From assembly GCA_051859245.1 (NCBI GenBank), contig JBHYGA010000001.1:416001-480000 (forward strand): a stretch of DNA of 64,000 nucleotides. Direction: 5' to 3'. The notes below the pieces were generated by a model that saw nothing but the letters and a program-made list of their open reading frames with translations, had not been told where the DNA came from and did no database searches. Position 1 is the first letter of the stretch. Every line of letters starts with the position of its first letter. The position numbers and the translations under genes were made by a program. The stretch is from Gemmatimonadaceae bacterium. Its GTDB lineage: Bacteria > Gemmatimonadota > Gemmatimonadetes > Gemmatimonadales > Gemmatimonadaceae. Positions 9,646 through 19,900 of this stretch are shown here, one piece after another.

Positions 9646-10224
9646 ATGATGACGATCGATCCCCCCGCCCTCGACCCATATCCGGAGTGGACGAGACGCC
9701 TGCTGGCGTCCGACCACGCCGCGCTGGAGGCTGTCTTCCATGATGTGCACGAGGCGCTTGTGGCCTACGCCCGTCGGATGATCGCTGATTCGGCGCAATC
9801 GCGGGATGTGGTGCAGGTGGCCTTTATTCGGTTGTGGGAGCACCGCCATTCCCTCGATCCGGCGCGCTCCATGCGCGCCTGGCTGTTTCGTACCGTGCGG
9901 AACGAAGCGTTGACGCGACTTCGCGACGCCCGCAATCAGGCGCGTTCGCTGGAAACGTGGGACGAACCGCTGCAGTGGCGGGCACCGCAGCCTGAAGCGT
10001 TGCTCGAAGAGCGCGAGCTTGGTCAGGCGATGGCACGATGGTTGGACGAACTGCCGGAGCGGCAACGCGAGGCGGTGCGTCTCAGTCGTTTCGAGGGGCT
10101 GTCGCACGAAGAAATCGCGGAGGTGATGGAGATCGCTCCGCGAACTGTCAACAATCACATTGTGCGCGGTCTGCAAACGCTGCGCGCGAAATTCGACGCG
10201 ACGTGGTCGCGGGAGGGGGCGTGA
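9646..10224 (+). CDS. ECF RNA polymerase sigma-70 factor
   Basis: DVVQVAFIRLWE, AWLFRTVRN, LPERQREAVRLSRFEGLSHEEIAEVMEIAPRTVNNHI. Confidence 0.95.
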   Translation: MMTIDPPALDPYPEWTRRLLASDHAALEAVFHDVHEALVAYARRMIADSAQSRDVVQVAFIRLWEHRHSLDPARSMRAWLFRTVRNEALTRLRDARNQARSLETWDEPLQWRAPQPEALLEERELGQAMARWLDELPERQREAVRLSRFEGLSHEEIAEVMEIAPRTVNNHIVRGLQTLRAKFDATWSREGA

Positions 10225-11219
10225 GCAACGCACCACAGCGAATGCTGCCGGCGGACGTCGCGCGCGGCGTCGCGGATGACGCCGAACGAGCGGCGCTTGA
10301 GACGGTGTGGACCGCGCTTGACGCTGCTCGACCGGGTGCCGCGGTGACGCCATCGGAAAGCTCCGCCATGTGGGCGGCCATTGTGGCCGGTACATCGCAG
10401 CCAACCAATGTAGACGGGTCTGCGTCGCGGAGTGTGCTGGCCTCGCAACCACGTGGCATTCGTGGCGACCGACCCGCGTGGGCGCGACGACGTGTGCGTG
10501 CGTCCGCGCTGATGACGCTCGGCTTTGCGATCGTGGCTGTCGTCGCGGCGCGACCTGGACGTTGGCAGGAAGTGCAGGTGCCGCGTGCGCAGCAGCGCGT
10601 GGTTTCACTTCCGGATGGATCGCGGGTCACGCTCGATGCGGGTGCGCGCTTGCGCTATCGCGATGGATTCCGTGGCTGGTTCGGCCGTGCCGCAGACCGA
10701 CACACGGAACTCGAAGGCGCCGCGTACTTTGATGTCGCGAGCAATGGTCGACCATTCACCGTGCACACGTACAACGCTAGCGTGAGCGTGCTTGGCACCG
10801 AGTTCGAAGTGCAGTCGTGGTCAGCTGAGGGTACTGGTACGACGGTGGCGGTGGCGGAGGGGCGTGTAGCCCTCGCAGGCCACACTGCCAATGCGGTCAC
10901 GCTCAACGCTGGTCAGCGCGCGGTCGTAACGCACGCCGAGAATGCGCCCGATAGTGCTGCGCCGTTGCCGGTGGACCGTGTGGCCCCATGGCGTCGTGGA
11001 GGTTTCGTGGCGGTGAACGAACCGCTCGCCAGCGTCGTGGCCACGCTCGAACGCCATTTTGATACGAACATTGAACTGGCCGATGCATCGCTCGGACAAC
11101 AGCGCATCACGCTCTACTACCCAGTGGCCGCGCTTGATCGCGTGCTCGGTGATGTCGCTACCATGGAGTCGCTCACCCTCGAACGGCAACGCGACGGTTA
11201 CGTTTTACGACGACCATGA
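10221..11219 (+). CDS. FecR family anti-sigma/transmembrane signal transducer
   Basis: Single TM, then LPDGSRVTLDAGARL, LEGAAYFDV, SVLGTEFEV, VAEGRV. GTG 10221 overlaps the sigma stop. Confidence 0.92.
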   Translation: MSNAPQRMLPADVARGVADDAERAALETVWTALDAARPGAAVTPSESSAMWAAIVAGTSQPTNVDGSASRSVLASQPRGIRGDRPAWARRRVRASALMTLGFAIVAVVAARPGRWQEVQVPRAQQRVVSLPDGSRVTLDAGARLRYRDGFRGWFGRAADRHTELEGAAYFDVASNGRPFTVHTYNASVSVLGTEFEVQSWSAEGTGTTVAVAEGRVALAGHTANAVTLNAGQRAVVTHAENAPDSAAPLPVDRVAPWRRGGFVAVNEPLASVVATLERHFDTNIELADASLGQQRITLYYPVAALDRVLGDVATMESLTLERQRDGYVLRRP

Positions 11220-13909
11220 TCGTGCAAAGTGTGCGTTGCATGTCGCTGATCTGTGCGCTGTTATTGATTGTTACGCTGCCACTGGCTGCACAGCCGAATG
11301 AGTCCACGGATCGCCTGACGATCAGTTTGCGTGGTGTGCCGGTTGCTGAAGCGCTCGATCGGTTTGCCGCCGTCAGCGGCGTCAGCTTGGCATTTGATCC
11401 GTCCACCGTCGGAACCAGACGCGTTTTTTGTCAACTTGACAACGTCCGCGCGCTCGATGTGTTGCGCTGTATTGTGCGCGAGGCAGGTCTCGACTTCTAT
11501 CAGTTGTCGTCCGGTACCTACGTGGTGATCGCGTCCATCACACAGGCGCCGCAGATTGCGTCATTGGTGGGACGAATCACTGATGCGGCCAGCGGCGAGC
11601 CGATTACGCGCGCACGTGTGACCATCGATACAAACGAAGGGGCACGCGCGGTGAATGACGGCGGCACATTCCGTTTTGCCGCGTTGCTGCCCGGTCGTTA
11701 TCGTGTGCGCGTGCAAGCGGTGGGCTACCGACCGCTCGTGCGCGAGCTGGTTCTGGTGCCTGGGCGAGCAGAACGTTGGGCGCTGGCGCTTGATCCGCTA
11801 CCGGCCACGCTTTCGCTCGTGGAAGTCACTGGGCTTGCAATGAACACGACACCGCGCGCAGCGGCTGCGCAGCAGATCGTGCCCGACTCCCTGCCAGCCG
11901 TACTGGCATCTTCGGGGATGCTTCGCGCGGCCGCAAACCAACTTGGTATCGGACAACGCGCGTTGGCCGGTGATCTGCACATTCAGGGTGGTGAGGCGGG
12001 CGAACATCAGTTCCGCCTCGACGGCGTGCCTGTGTTTGATCCCGTATCGGTAGCCCGCATGTTCGGCGCCTTCGCGCCGCTCGCCATTCGGCAGCTCACC
12101 GTGCACAAAGCAGGATTCGGCGTGTCGCACGGGAGTTACACGGCCGGTGTGATTGATCTGGAGCATTCCATCGGCGCCGGCTCGGAGGCTATCACCACAA
12201 CCATTGATCCCATGTCGGCGTCTTTGCGTTACGCAGCGCGGGGAATGCTGCTGGGCAAGCGCACAACGGGCATGTTCGCGGCGCGACGAAGCCTGTGGGA
12301 TGTATCTCCGATGCCGTCGGTGGAACGCGCGCTGCACGGTTGGGCGCGGGTGGATCCGCTGCTGCTCGATGCAACGGCAGTGGGCGCACCGACCACGAGA
12401 GGTGATCCGTTTCAGGTCAGCAAAAGTACGCCGCAGTTGCACTTCGTGGATGTGCACGGCGCCGGACGCATGGAACTGGGCGCGTTTCAGTCACTGGCGG
12501 CGTCATTCTTTGTGTCGGATAATTCGGTGAGCGCCGATGTGCAGGCGACATCCGCACTCGAAAATCGCATGCTTGATACACGCGATGCCTACGCTTGGCG
12601 AACCGGTGGCGGCATGCTGCGGCACGATTGGATGCCGAACGCTCGTGTCCAGCAAATGCTTCGATTGCGCGTGAGCACGCATTCGCTCGCGCATCTTCAC
12701 TACGCACGCGAGGCCGGCGCCGCGCGCGTAGCGGACGTATTCGGCAGTAATGCGGCCGACCGGCGTGAGACAAACGGCGTGCAGGAATACGCGCTGGATG
12801 CCGTGACGCGTGTGTCGGCCACCGATCGTGGTGAGCTGGTGCTCGGCACGGAAATCGCGCGAACCGGCAGTCATGTCGATATGAACAACGGCGTGTTTCG
12901 CCCGATGCTGAATCGTTCGGGCGCGTGGCGTATGTCGCAGTTCACGGAGTGGCGGCAGCAGTGGGCGCATGGTCTGCAGGGTGACGCCGGCCTGCGGCTT
13001 ACCTGGGTTCCGACCTTCGCCACGGTATACGCCGAGCCGCGCGTGTCACTGCGCGGAGAGCACGCGCGCGCAGACGATGTGATCGCCTGGCGCGTATCGG
13101 GCGGTGTGCATCGACAGTTCGTATCTCAGTTCGAGTTACCGGCGTTGGGTCCAACTGCGGTCGCGAGCGGCGTGCGGTTCTGGCTGCCGGTCGACGGCAG
13201 CATTCGACCTGCCGAATCGTTTCACACCACGAGTGAGTTTGTCTGGCGACACCAACGTGGCTTTGAGGTGCACACGGAAGCGTACTACAAATGGTTAAAC
13301 AGTGTCCCAGCCCTTGATTTTGGTATTCTGCTCGGCGCGGGTGGTGCGATGCCGCACGATATCCCGCAGGCCATGTTCGTGGGGCGTTCGCGCGGACACA
13401 CGTTTGGCGCCGGGGTACGCGTGACGCAGCGCGCACAGTGGGCGACCGCGACGCTCGGCGTTGACGGCGGACAATCCGTGCGCACGTTTCCTGGTCGATT
13501 TGGCGGACGTGAACAGCGCACCCCGTGGAACGAATCCCTGCGCATCACCTCGTCGATTGAATCGCAACTGCCCGGGAGCGTTGAACTCTCGTTGCAGTCA
13601 CGTCATGTGTGGGGCCGAACGTGGGCGTTGCGCCGTGCGTACTATGATCTCGCGATTGACGGGCTGCCAGTGAACACACCCGGCAACGATGCGCTCCCTG
13701 CGTGGCATGAGGTAGACGTCGCGTTTGCACGCGCGCTGCGCATTGGGAGTGCCCGCACGGTGCTGTCACTCTCGGCGTTGAATGTGTTGGGGCGCTTAAA
13801 CACAATCGACCAGTGGCTGGTTCCCGGTTTCACTGACAATTCGGTCGCGCGCGAATCGCGGACCGCAGTCGGTCGACAATTATTGCTGACAATGCGCATC
13901 GCGTACTGA
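11216..13909 (+). CDS. TonB-dependent receptor/transducer with N-terminal STN-like signalling extension and carboxypeptidase-regulatory-like domain
   Basis: Signal peptide; ISLRGVPVAEALDRFAAVSGV; GRITDAASGEPI; plug LHIQGG...FRLDGVPVF; aromatic C-terminal residue. Confidence 0.85.
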   Translation: MIVQSVRCMSLICALLLIVTLPLAAQPNESTDRLTISLRGVPVAEALDRFAAVSGVSLAFDPSTVGTRRVFCQLDNVRALDVLRCIVREAGLDFYQLSSGTYVVIASITQAPQIASLVGRITDAASGEPITRARVTIDTNEGARAVNDGGTFRFAALLPGRYRVRVQAVGYRPLVRELVLVPGRAERWALALDPLPATLSLVEVTGLAMNTTPRAAAAQQIVPDSLPAVLASSGMLRAAANQLGIGQRALAGDLHIQGGEAGEHQFRLDGVPVFDPVSVARMFGAFAPLAIRQLTVHKAGFGVSHGSYTAGVIDLEHSIGAGSEAITTTIDPMSASLRYAARGMLLGKRTTGMFAARRSLWDVSPMPSVERALHGWARVDPLLLDATAVGAPTTRGDPFQVSKSTPQLHFVDVHGAGRMELGAFQSLAASFFVSDNSVSADVQATSALENRMLDTRDAYAWRTGGGMLRHDWMPNARVQQMLRLRVSTHSLAHLHYAREAGAARVADVFGSNAADRRETNGVQEYALDAVTRVSATDRGELVLGTEIARTGSHVDMNNGVFRPMLNRSGAWRMSQFTEWRQQWAHGLQGDAGLRLTWVPTFATVYAEPRVSLRGEHARADDVIAWRVSGGVHRQFVSQFELPALGPTAVASGVRFWLPVDGSIRPAESFHTTSEFVWRHQRGFEVHTEAYYKWLNSVPALDFGILLGAGGAMPHDIPQAMFVGRSRGHTFGAGVRVTQRAQWATATLGVDGGQSVRTFPGRFGGREQRTPWNESLRITSSIESQLPGSVELSLQSRHVWGRTWALRRAYYDLAIDGLPVNTPGNDALPAWHEVDVAFARALRIGSARTVLSLSALNVLGRLNTIDQWLVPGFTDNSVARESRTAVGRQLLLTMRIAY

Positions 13910-13913
13910 GTCG

Positions 13914-13941
13914 CTGGTCATCAGTGCGCGCTGTTGCATAG
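13914..13941 (+). promoter_or_regulatory. Second copy of the putative ECF promoter, upstream of the fasciclin gene
   Basis: CTGGTCA-tcagtgcgcgctgtt-GCATAG. Confidence 0.6.
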
Positions 13942-14007
13942 TGAAGGTGCATGTGATGTGCAGTGCATGCACATCAGCTCTTCACTCTTCAGCAAGGAAA
14001 CCGTCTG

Positions 14008-14925
14008 ATGCGAACTCTGATTTCTTCGCGCCGTTCACGGCTGCGTGTGCTGCCCGCTGCCATTGCAACCACGCTGCTGCTTAGCGCGTGTGGCGATGAC
14101 GATGTCGTTGCACCAGAACCACCCGCAACAATTGTGGCGGCCGCGCAAGCGACGCCTGATCTGAGCACGTTGGTAACGGCGCTCACGGCCGCTGATCTTG
14201 TTGGCACGCTGAGTGGTCCTGGTCCCTTTACCGTGTTCGCACCGGTGAACAGCGCGTTTGCCGCCGTTCCAGCCGACGTACTGCAGCGTCTGCTCGAAAC
14301 CGGCAACGTGAACATCTTGTCCAAGGTGCTGCGCTACCACGTGGTGCCAGGACGCGTGCTGGCCTCGGATCTGCGTGAAGGACAAGTGGTCACGACTGTT
14401 GAAGGCACCACGTTACGCATCACGCTGGCAGGTGGCGCACGCGTGAACAACGCGCGCATTACCACCACCGATATTGAGACGGGCAACGGTGTGGTGCACT
14501 TGATCGATGCGGTGATGACCGAAAGCCTCGATGTGGTTGACGTGGCCACGATTCGTGGCTTCAGTTCGCTGGTGAATGCCGTTGCGACGGCCGGCCTGGT
14601 GAATGCGCTGCGCGGCAATGGCGCCGGTCAGGGCATCACGGTATTCGCGCCCACCAATGCCGCGTTTGCGGCGCTCGGCACACTGCCTGCCAACCCCACG
14701 CTCACGAGTGTACTCACCGCGCACGTTGTGAACGGTCGCGCACTGTCAACCGGGTTGACCAACAATCAGGTGGTACCGTCACTGCAGGGTGGCAATCTCA
14801 CCATTCAGACGGGACCGCTGCGTGTGCGTGGTGTTGGCAACACAACGCCGCTCAACATCACGGCTACCGACATTGTAGCCAAGAACGGTGTGATTCATGT
14901 GATCGACGGCATTATTCTGCCGTAA
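14008..14925 (+). CDS. Tandem fasciclin (FAS1) domain lipoprotein
   Basis: Lipobox LSAC; two FAS1 repeats (FTVFAPVNSAF...NGVVHLIDAV and ITVFAPTNAAF...NGVIHVIDGII). Confidence 0.95.
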   Translation: MRTLISSRRSRLRVLPAAIATTLLLSACGDDDVVAPEPPATIVAAAQATPDLSTLVTALTAADLVGTLSGPGPFTVFAPVNSAFAAVPADVLQRLLETGNVNILSKVLRYHVVPGRVLASDLREGQVVTTVEGTTLRITLAGGARVNNARITTTDIETGNGVVHLIDAVMTESLDVVDVATIRGFSSLVNAVATAGLVNALRGNGAGQGITVFAPTNAAFAALGTLPANPTLTSVLTAHVVNGRALSTGLTNNQVVPSLQGGNLTIQTGPLRVRGVGNTTPLNITATDIVAKNGVIHVIDGIILP

Positions 14926-14960
14926 ACATCTCGTACACTACGAACGATGGTGTGGGTTGC

Positions 14961-14993
14961 ATCTCCAACACCGGCGCCACCGGTGTTGGAGAT
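14961..14993. terminator. Hairpin between convergent genes (probable terminator)
   Basis: Perfect 14-bp stem: ATCTCCAACACCGG-cgcca-CCGGTGTTGGAGAT. Confidence 0.6.
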
Positions 14994-15045
14994 CTGTTCG
15001 TGAGCGCATTGTGATGCCTGTAACGCCGTAGACCGCACTACGCGA

Positions 15046-15519
15046 TCAGGACGTCCGCTCCATCGTCGCGATCGCGTCGGCGAGGCTACTCTCCTGCGTG
15101 CTCGCCACAACCACACCGCCGCCCTGCGACAGCACTTCGCCGGCACGCTCCGCGCTCTGCGCGTCTACCAATGCTACGAGCATGGACGAGTTGAAGAGCA
15201 GCCCGTCGCCCATTTGCTTGAGCAACGCGTCAGGAAAGCCGCGGTCAATGAAGTAGGCGGCGAGTGCGCCGCCAGCCGCCAACGTCAGCGTGCCGATACC
15301 CGGAAGAATGAGGCCAGCAACCGCGCCCACCAGCGCGCTCTTGCCGATGCCCCAGTCCTGCGACTCGGTAAACTCCACCTCTCCGCCCTCGTCACGCGTG
15401 ACAATTGCCACGTTTCCGAGCCCGATCGAAGCGGCTTTGAGCATAGCTTCACCGGCTTCGGCGCCGTTCAGCGTGTTAAAACTGGCAATCAGAATGTGGC
15501 GCGTGGTGGAATCAGACAT
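15046..15519 (-). CDS. DUF1269-like membrane protein
   Basis: AIVTRDEGGEVEFTE, glycine-zipper GALVGAVAGLI-type segment, DRGFPDALLKQMG; GGAG SD. Confidence 0.75.
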   Translation of the reverse strand: MSDSTTRHILIASFNTLNGAEAGEAMLKAASIGLGNVAIVTRDEGGEVEFTESQDWGIGKSALVGAVAGLILPGIGTLTLAAGGALAAYFIDRGFPDALLKQMGDGLLFNSSMLVALVDAQSAERAGEVLSQGGGVVVASTQESSLADAIATMERTS

Positions 15520-15556
15520 GACTTCTCCAAGAAAGGTGAGCGATAGAGTTACACAG

Positions 15557-16852
15557 CTATTGGCTCAGTACCCGCCACGCACGCACATGTGGCACATCGT
15601 CCTCATCGATCCACACGCCGAGCACGCGTTCTCGACTCACAACATGCGGCGTGACACCCGGCGGCAGTACAACACGGGCGATTGCTTGACCACCGGCGTC
15701 AAATACCAGAAAGCGCTGCGCGTCCGTTGGCCAGACACTCGGCGTCTGCGCCCACAACGTGCCGTCCTGACCAATCTGCAGCCCATCGTGATACGGAAAC
15801 ACCGTCGCAAACCGCCAGCGGCGGCGCATGGCTTCCCACTCCACCTTCACTGACGCGGGTATCGGCTGGCTCTCCACGGACGCCGCAACTTCTGCGCGCA
15901 CGCGATCTGCGGCATCAGTCGGCACCGGTTCGGGGCTGACCGCGACGCGCGTTAGACGTGAAAGCGCAGCGTCACGGTATTCGCGCAACTCAAAGCGTTC
16001 GTTGGTGCCAATCACCAGACGCGATCCCTTCCATGCAACGTCCGTTGAGCGACCGTAGCGCACATAGTCGCGATCCGGGTAGCTCTCGCCCTGCTCGGTG
16101 GTGATCGTTTCGAATCCTTCAACGTCAGGAACCAGCGCAATGGTATCAATGCGCAGTATTGCGTTACTGTCAGCCGCCGTTGGCGTGAGTACCGTCACCA
16201 GCGCGAAGGTATCTCGGCGCACGCGGTCATCCATCACGGCAGACGGGATCCAGCGCCGACGTACGGATGCCAGAAACCGAGAGTCGCCGAGCAGGGCGAG
16301 TGGCCGCAGATCGTCGCGGTCGTCTGCACGCGGATACATAATCTGCTCCACATAGTCACCGGCGCTGGTGAACAATGAAATGCGACGCTGCGACGCATCA
16401 AATACGGCCAGGCGTCCGTCGTCGAGCAGTTGTATCCGTTGCACAAAGTCAACTTCACCCGGTCCACGTCCAACCGGCATCATTGTTCGGAGGAATGCGC
16501 CATCGGCCGAATATTCCCGCACATCGCGATGTCGCGCATCGACCACCAGCAACCGACCGTCCGACAGCTCGGTCACCAATCGAATACTCGAAAACGCATT
16601 CGCCGGGTTGTCTCCGTCGATACGCAGTATCGGTGAGGTATCAAGCGTCCACGTTGGCAAGGCCGCAATAAACGTGGAGTCCTGTTCCACGATTGCAGCG
16701 CCAGCGCTATCACGTGTGACAACGCTGTTCGCCGCGCGATCGGATGGTGCACCGCACGCGGACAACGCGGTGCACGCGGCCGTGAGCAGTGTAAATACAC
16801 GTGTACCTGAACAGGTCTCACGTTCGCGGAATCGACCTATCGATTGGTGCAT
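15557..16852 (-). CDS. 6-bladed beta-propeller lipoprotein
   Basis: Lipobox LSAC, RDSAGAAIVE, GRGPGEV, C-terminal DEDDVPHVRAWRV. Confidence 0.8.
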   Translation of the reverse strand: MHQSIGRFRERETCSGTRVFTLLTAACTALSACGAPSDRAANSVVTRDSAGAAIVEQDSTFIAALPTWTLDTSPILRIDGDNPANAFSSIRLVTELSDGRLLVVDARHRDVREYSADGAFLRTMMPVGRGPGEVDFVQRIQLLDDGRLAVFDASQRRISLFTSAGDYVEQIMYPRADDRDDLRPLALLGDSRFLASVRRRWIPSAVMDDRVRRDTFALVTVLTPTAADSNAILRIDTIALVPDVEGFETITTEQGESYPDRDYVRYGRSTDVAWKGSRLVIGTNERFELREYRDAALSRLTRVAVSPEPVPTDAADRVRAEVAASVESQPIPASVKVEWEAMRRRWRFATVFPYHDGLQIGQDGTLWAQTPSVWPTDAQRFLVFDAGGQAIARVVLPPGVTPHVVSRERVLGVWIDEDDVPHVRAWRVLSQ

Positions 16853-16900
16853 GCTCCAAAGTACTGCGGGGGCGCGAGACGTGCGCGAGCGCTGTGCTGG

Positions 16901-19900
16901 CTACTCTGCACGCATGACCGTCATGGGCTGCACGCGACTGGCGCGCCAGGCCGGACCGGCCGCCGCGGCTATGCCGGCGAGTGCCATGCTCACGAGCGCC
17001 ACGGTCCAGACCGCTGCGTCGCGTGGTTCTACCCCGAACAGCAAGGAGGCCATCAGACGCGTGACCCCCCACGAGACCGCGGCCCCCAACGCGAGGCTCA
17101 TCGCGACGAGCCGCCCGGCACCGCTGAGTACGTAGCGACGCAGGCGTGCGGGCGGCGCACCCAGCGCGGCGCGAATGGCAAAGTCACGCCGCCGCTGCTC
17201 CACGCTGTAGTTGAGAATGCCGAACAGCCCCGCGAGCGACAGCAGCAGCGCCACGCCGGCCAACGTCGCGAACAGGGCAAAGATGAAGCGCGGCCAACCG
17301 ATGCTCTCGCGCATCACGACCTGCATTGGCTTGACACGCGAGACAGCGACGCCGGGATACACTGCGCGCAACGCCTGTTCAACGTCAGCTGCAATCACGG
17401 CCGGGTTCGCTTGCTGCGTTCGGATCACCAGGCTGTAGCCGACCGCTTGAGGATGCCGCTGCGCGAATGTCCAGTACGCCTCCGGTCTCGGTTCCGTGAG
17501 TGGTCCGAAGTTGCGAATATCGCTCACGACGCCCACAATCTCGATCGGTCGCTCGCCCAGGAAGAACCGTTTGCCGAGGATATCACCGTCCGGGAAGTCG
17601 CGCGCGGCGAGCGCCGAATTCACGACGACGCGTTGTATCGTGTCACCGTCCATCATGTCTCGCGCATCGAGCAGTCGACCGGCCACGAGTTGCTGACCCG
17701 TTGCCGCGAAGAACCCGGGCGTAATGTTGCGCGTTTCAATGAGCGGACGCTCAGTGGGCGGCACCTCTGGTCGTCCTTCGTAGCGCACCCAGGCGTTCCA
17801 GCCCCATTCGTTGTAGGGAAGCTGCGAAATTGCACCGGCCGCCTCAACGCCGGGAATGCGCTGTATCGCCTCCAACGCCGGCGTGAGGAACGCTGTCGCC
17901 GCGCGATCGGCAGGAAAATCCGTCGGTGCAACGCGAACGCGCAGCGTGAGCACACGTGCTACATCAAAGCCCGGATCTTCATTCATCGCGCGCACAAAAC
18001 CCTTCGTCACCAAACCGGCGGAAATCAGCAGCGTCACGGCGAGCGCGCCTTCAATCACCACCAGTGCCGCAAGCGTACGATGCTGGTGCTGTGCACCACT
18101 CCCGCGTCCGCCGCGCAGTACGTCTGCCGGAAGTGCCAGGGCGGCTCGCCACGCAGGCGCCGCAGTGCCCGCAAGTGCAGCGACTATTGCCGCAAGCAGT
18201 GCGACGCCTGCCGTTCGCAGATCAACAGCGGCGTACTCAAGCTGCGTGATGCGAGTTGATCCAAGCGCGACGACCATCTTGAGTGCCAACAACGCAAGTC
18301 CCAGCCCCGTCACCCAGCCGCACAGCGCAATCACGATGCCTTCGGCAAAGACCGGGCGCATCACTTCCCAGCGCGTTGCACCGAGCGCGGTGCGCACACC
18401 GAGTTCGCGTTGACGACTGATGCCGCGCGCCAGGAGTAAACTCGAGACATTGATCACCGCAATAATGAGTACAACGAACGTCGCGACGATCAGCAACGCC
18501 AAGGAGCGTCGCGCTGATCCGGCCGCGTCGTGCACCAGGGGTGTGACCGCAATGCTGTGACCTTCGAGCTCGGGATACGCTTCCAGCAGTGGCGCAAACC
18601 GCTGAATAAGCGCGGCCTGCAGCCCCTCCGGTTGCTGTTGCGAACCAAGTCGGCCAAATACCCGCAGAAAATTACTCGTGCGTTGTCTCAGCTCCGATTC
18701 GGAGAATCGCATGGGCACCCACAGCTCGCCCGCGTATGTCGTTCCGGAGTTAGTAATGCGAAACCGAGGCGGCAGCACGCCGACGACTTCGTGTGGCTCA
18801 CCATCAAGGCGGAGTGACGAGCCCACAATACCCGGACTTCCACCGAGATGACTGCGCCAGTACTCGTAGCTGACGACGACTACCGCCGGTGCATCCGGAA
18901 CATCGTCTGATGGCAGGAGCACACGGCCGTGCAGCGCGCGTGTGCGGAGCACATTGAAAAACTGACCAGATGTTCGAATGACAAAGGACGGTTCGTACCG
19001 ATCGCCAAGCGCCAGCAATCGCGACGTGGACGCGAACGCAGCGATTCCCTCGGCGCTCGGCTCTCCCGCAATGTCAACAAAGTTCGGTGCGGAGAATGGA
19101 AGCTCGCGCGACGAGGGCAGTGCGCGAAAGATCGAGACAAGACGATGCGCTTCGTCAAAGTCCACGGGCCGCAACAGCACGCGATCGGCGACGCTGTAAA
19201 TGGTGGCGGCGCTGCCAAGTCCAATCGCCATGCAGAACACGCACGCTGCAAACACCACCGGGGCGCGCCGCAACGTGCGCCAGGCGCGACGCAACTCGCG
19301 CAGCGCGTCACCCACTGCGTGTCGGCTCGCGGGCTCTGGCTCCGCGACCTCGCGTGTCGTGCCTGGCGCGATGGCGAGCAGCGATGGTGATCGCAGCGCT
19401 CTCAGCAGCTCGGCGACCGACGACGGGCGCAGCGCTGGATCCTTCTCGAGACATTTCAGGATCAGCGCGTCGAGCGCCGGTGGGATATCGGCACGTCGTG
19501 TGCGTAGCGGTGCTGGTGGCTCGGCGACATGCGCACGTGCGAGTGCCGAGGGCGTAGGACCGGCGAACGGTGGTACGCCGACGAGCATTTCGTAGGCCAC
19601 CACCCCGAGCGAATACAGATCGACGCGATGGTCCGCGCCCGGATCCGCCGCAAATTGCTCCGGTGACATGTACCGCGGCGTGCCAAGTGAGAAGCCCGCG
19701 AGTGTCAGATCCGACGGCGTGCGCATTGGAACCGGTGTGTTACCCAATCGACGCGACACCGCCTTGGCGATGCCAAAGTCGGCAACGACTGCAGCACTGC
19801 CGGTGAGCAGAATGTTGCCAGGTTTGATATCTCGATGCACTACACCAGCCGCGTGCGCACTTTCAAGTGCCTGCGCAACGTCTTCAAGAATCGCCACCGT

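Noticed and set aside
16844..18259. Long 471-aa plus-strand ORF
   Set aside because: It is the antisense shadow of the ADOP permease, Arg/Ala-rich with no motifs. The same applies to other shadows such as 43-804, 9613-10608, 59228-60196 and 61105-62016.
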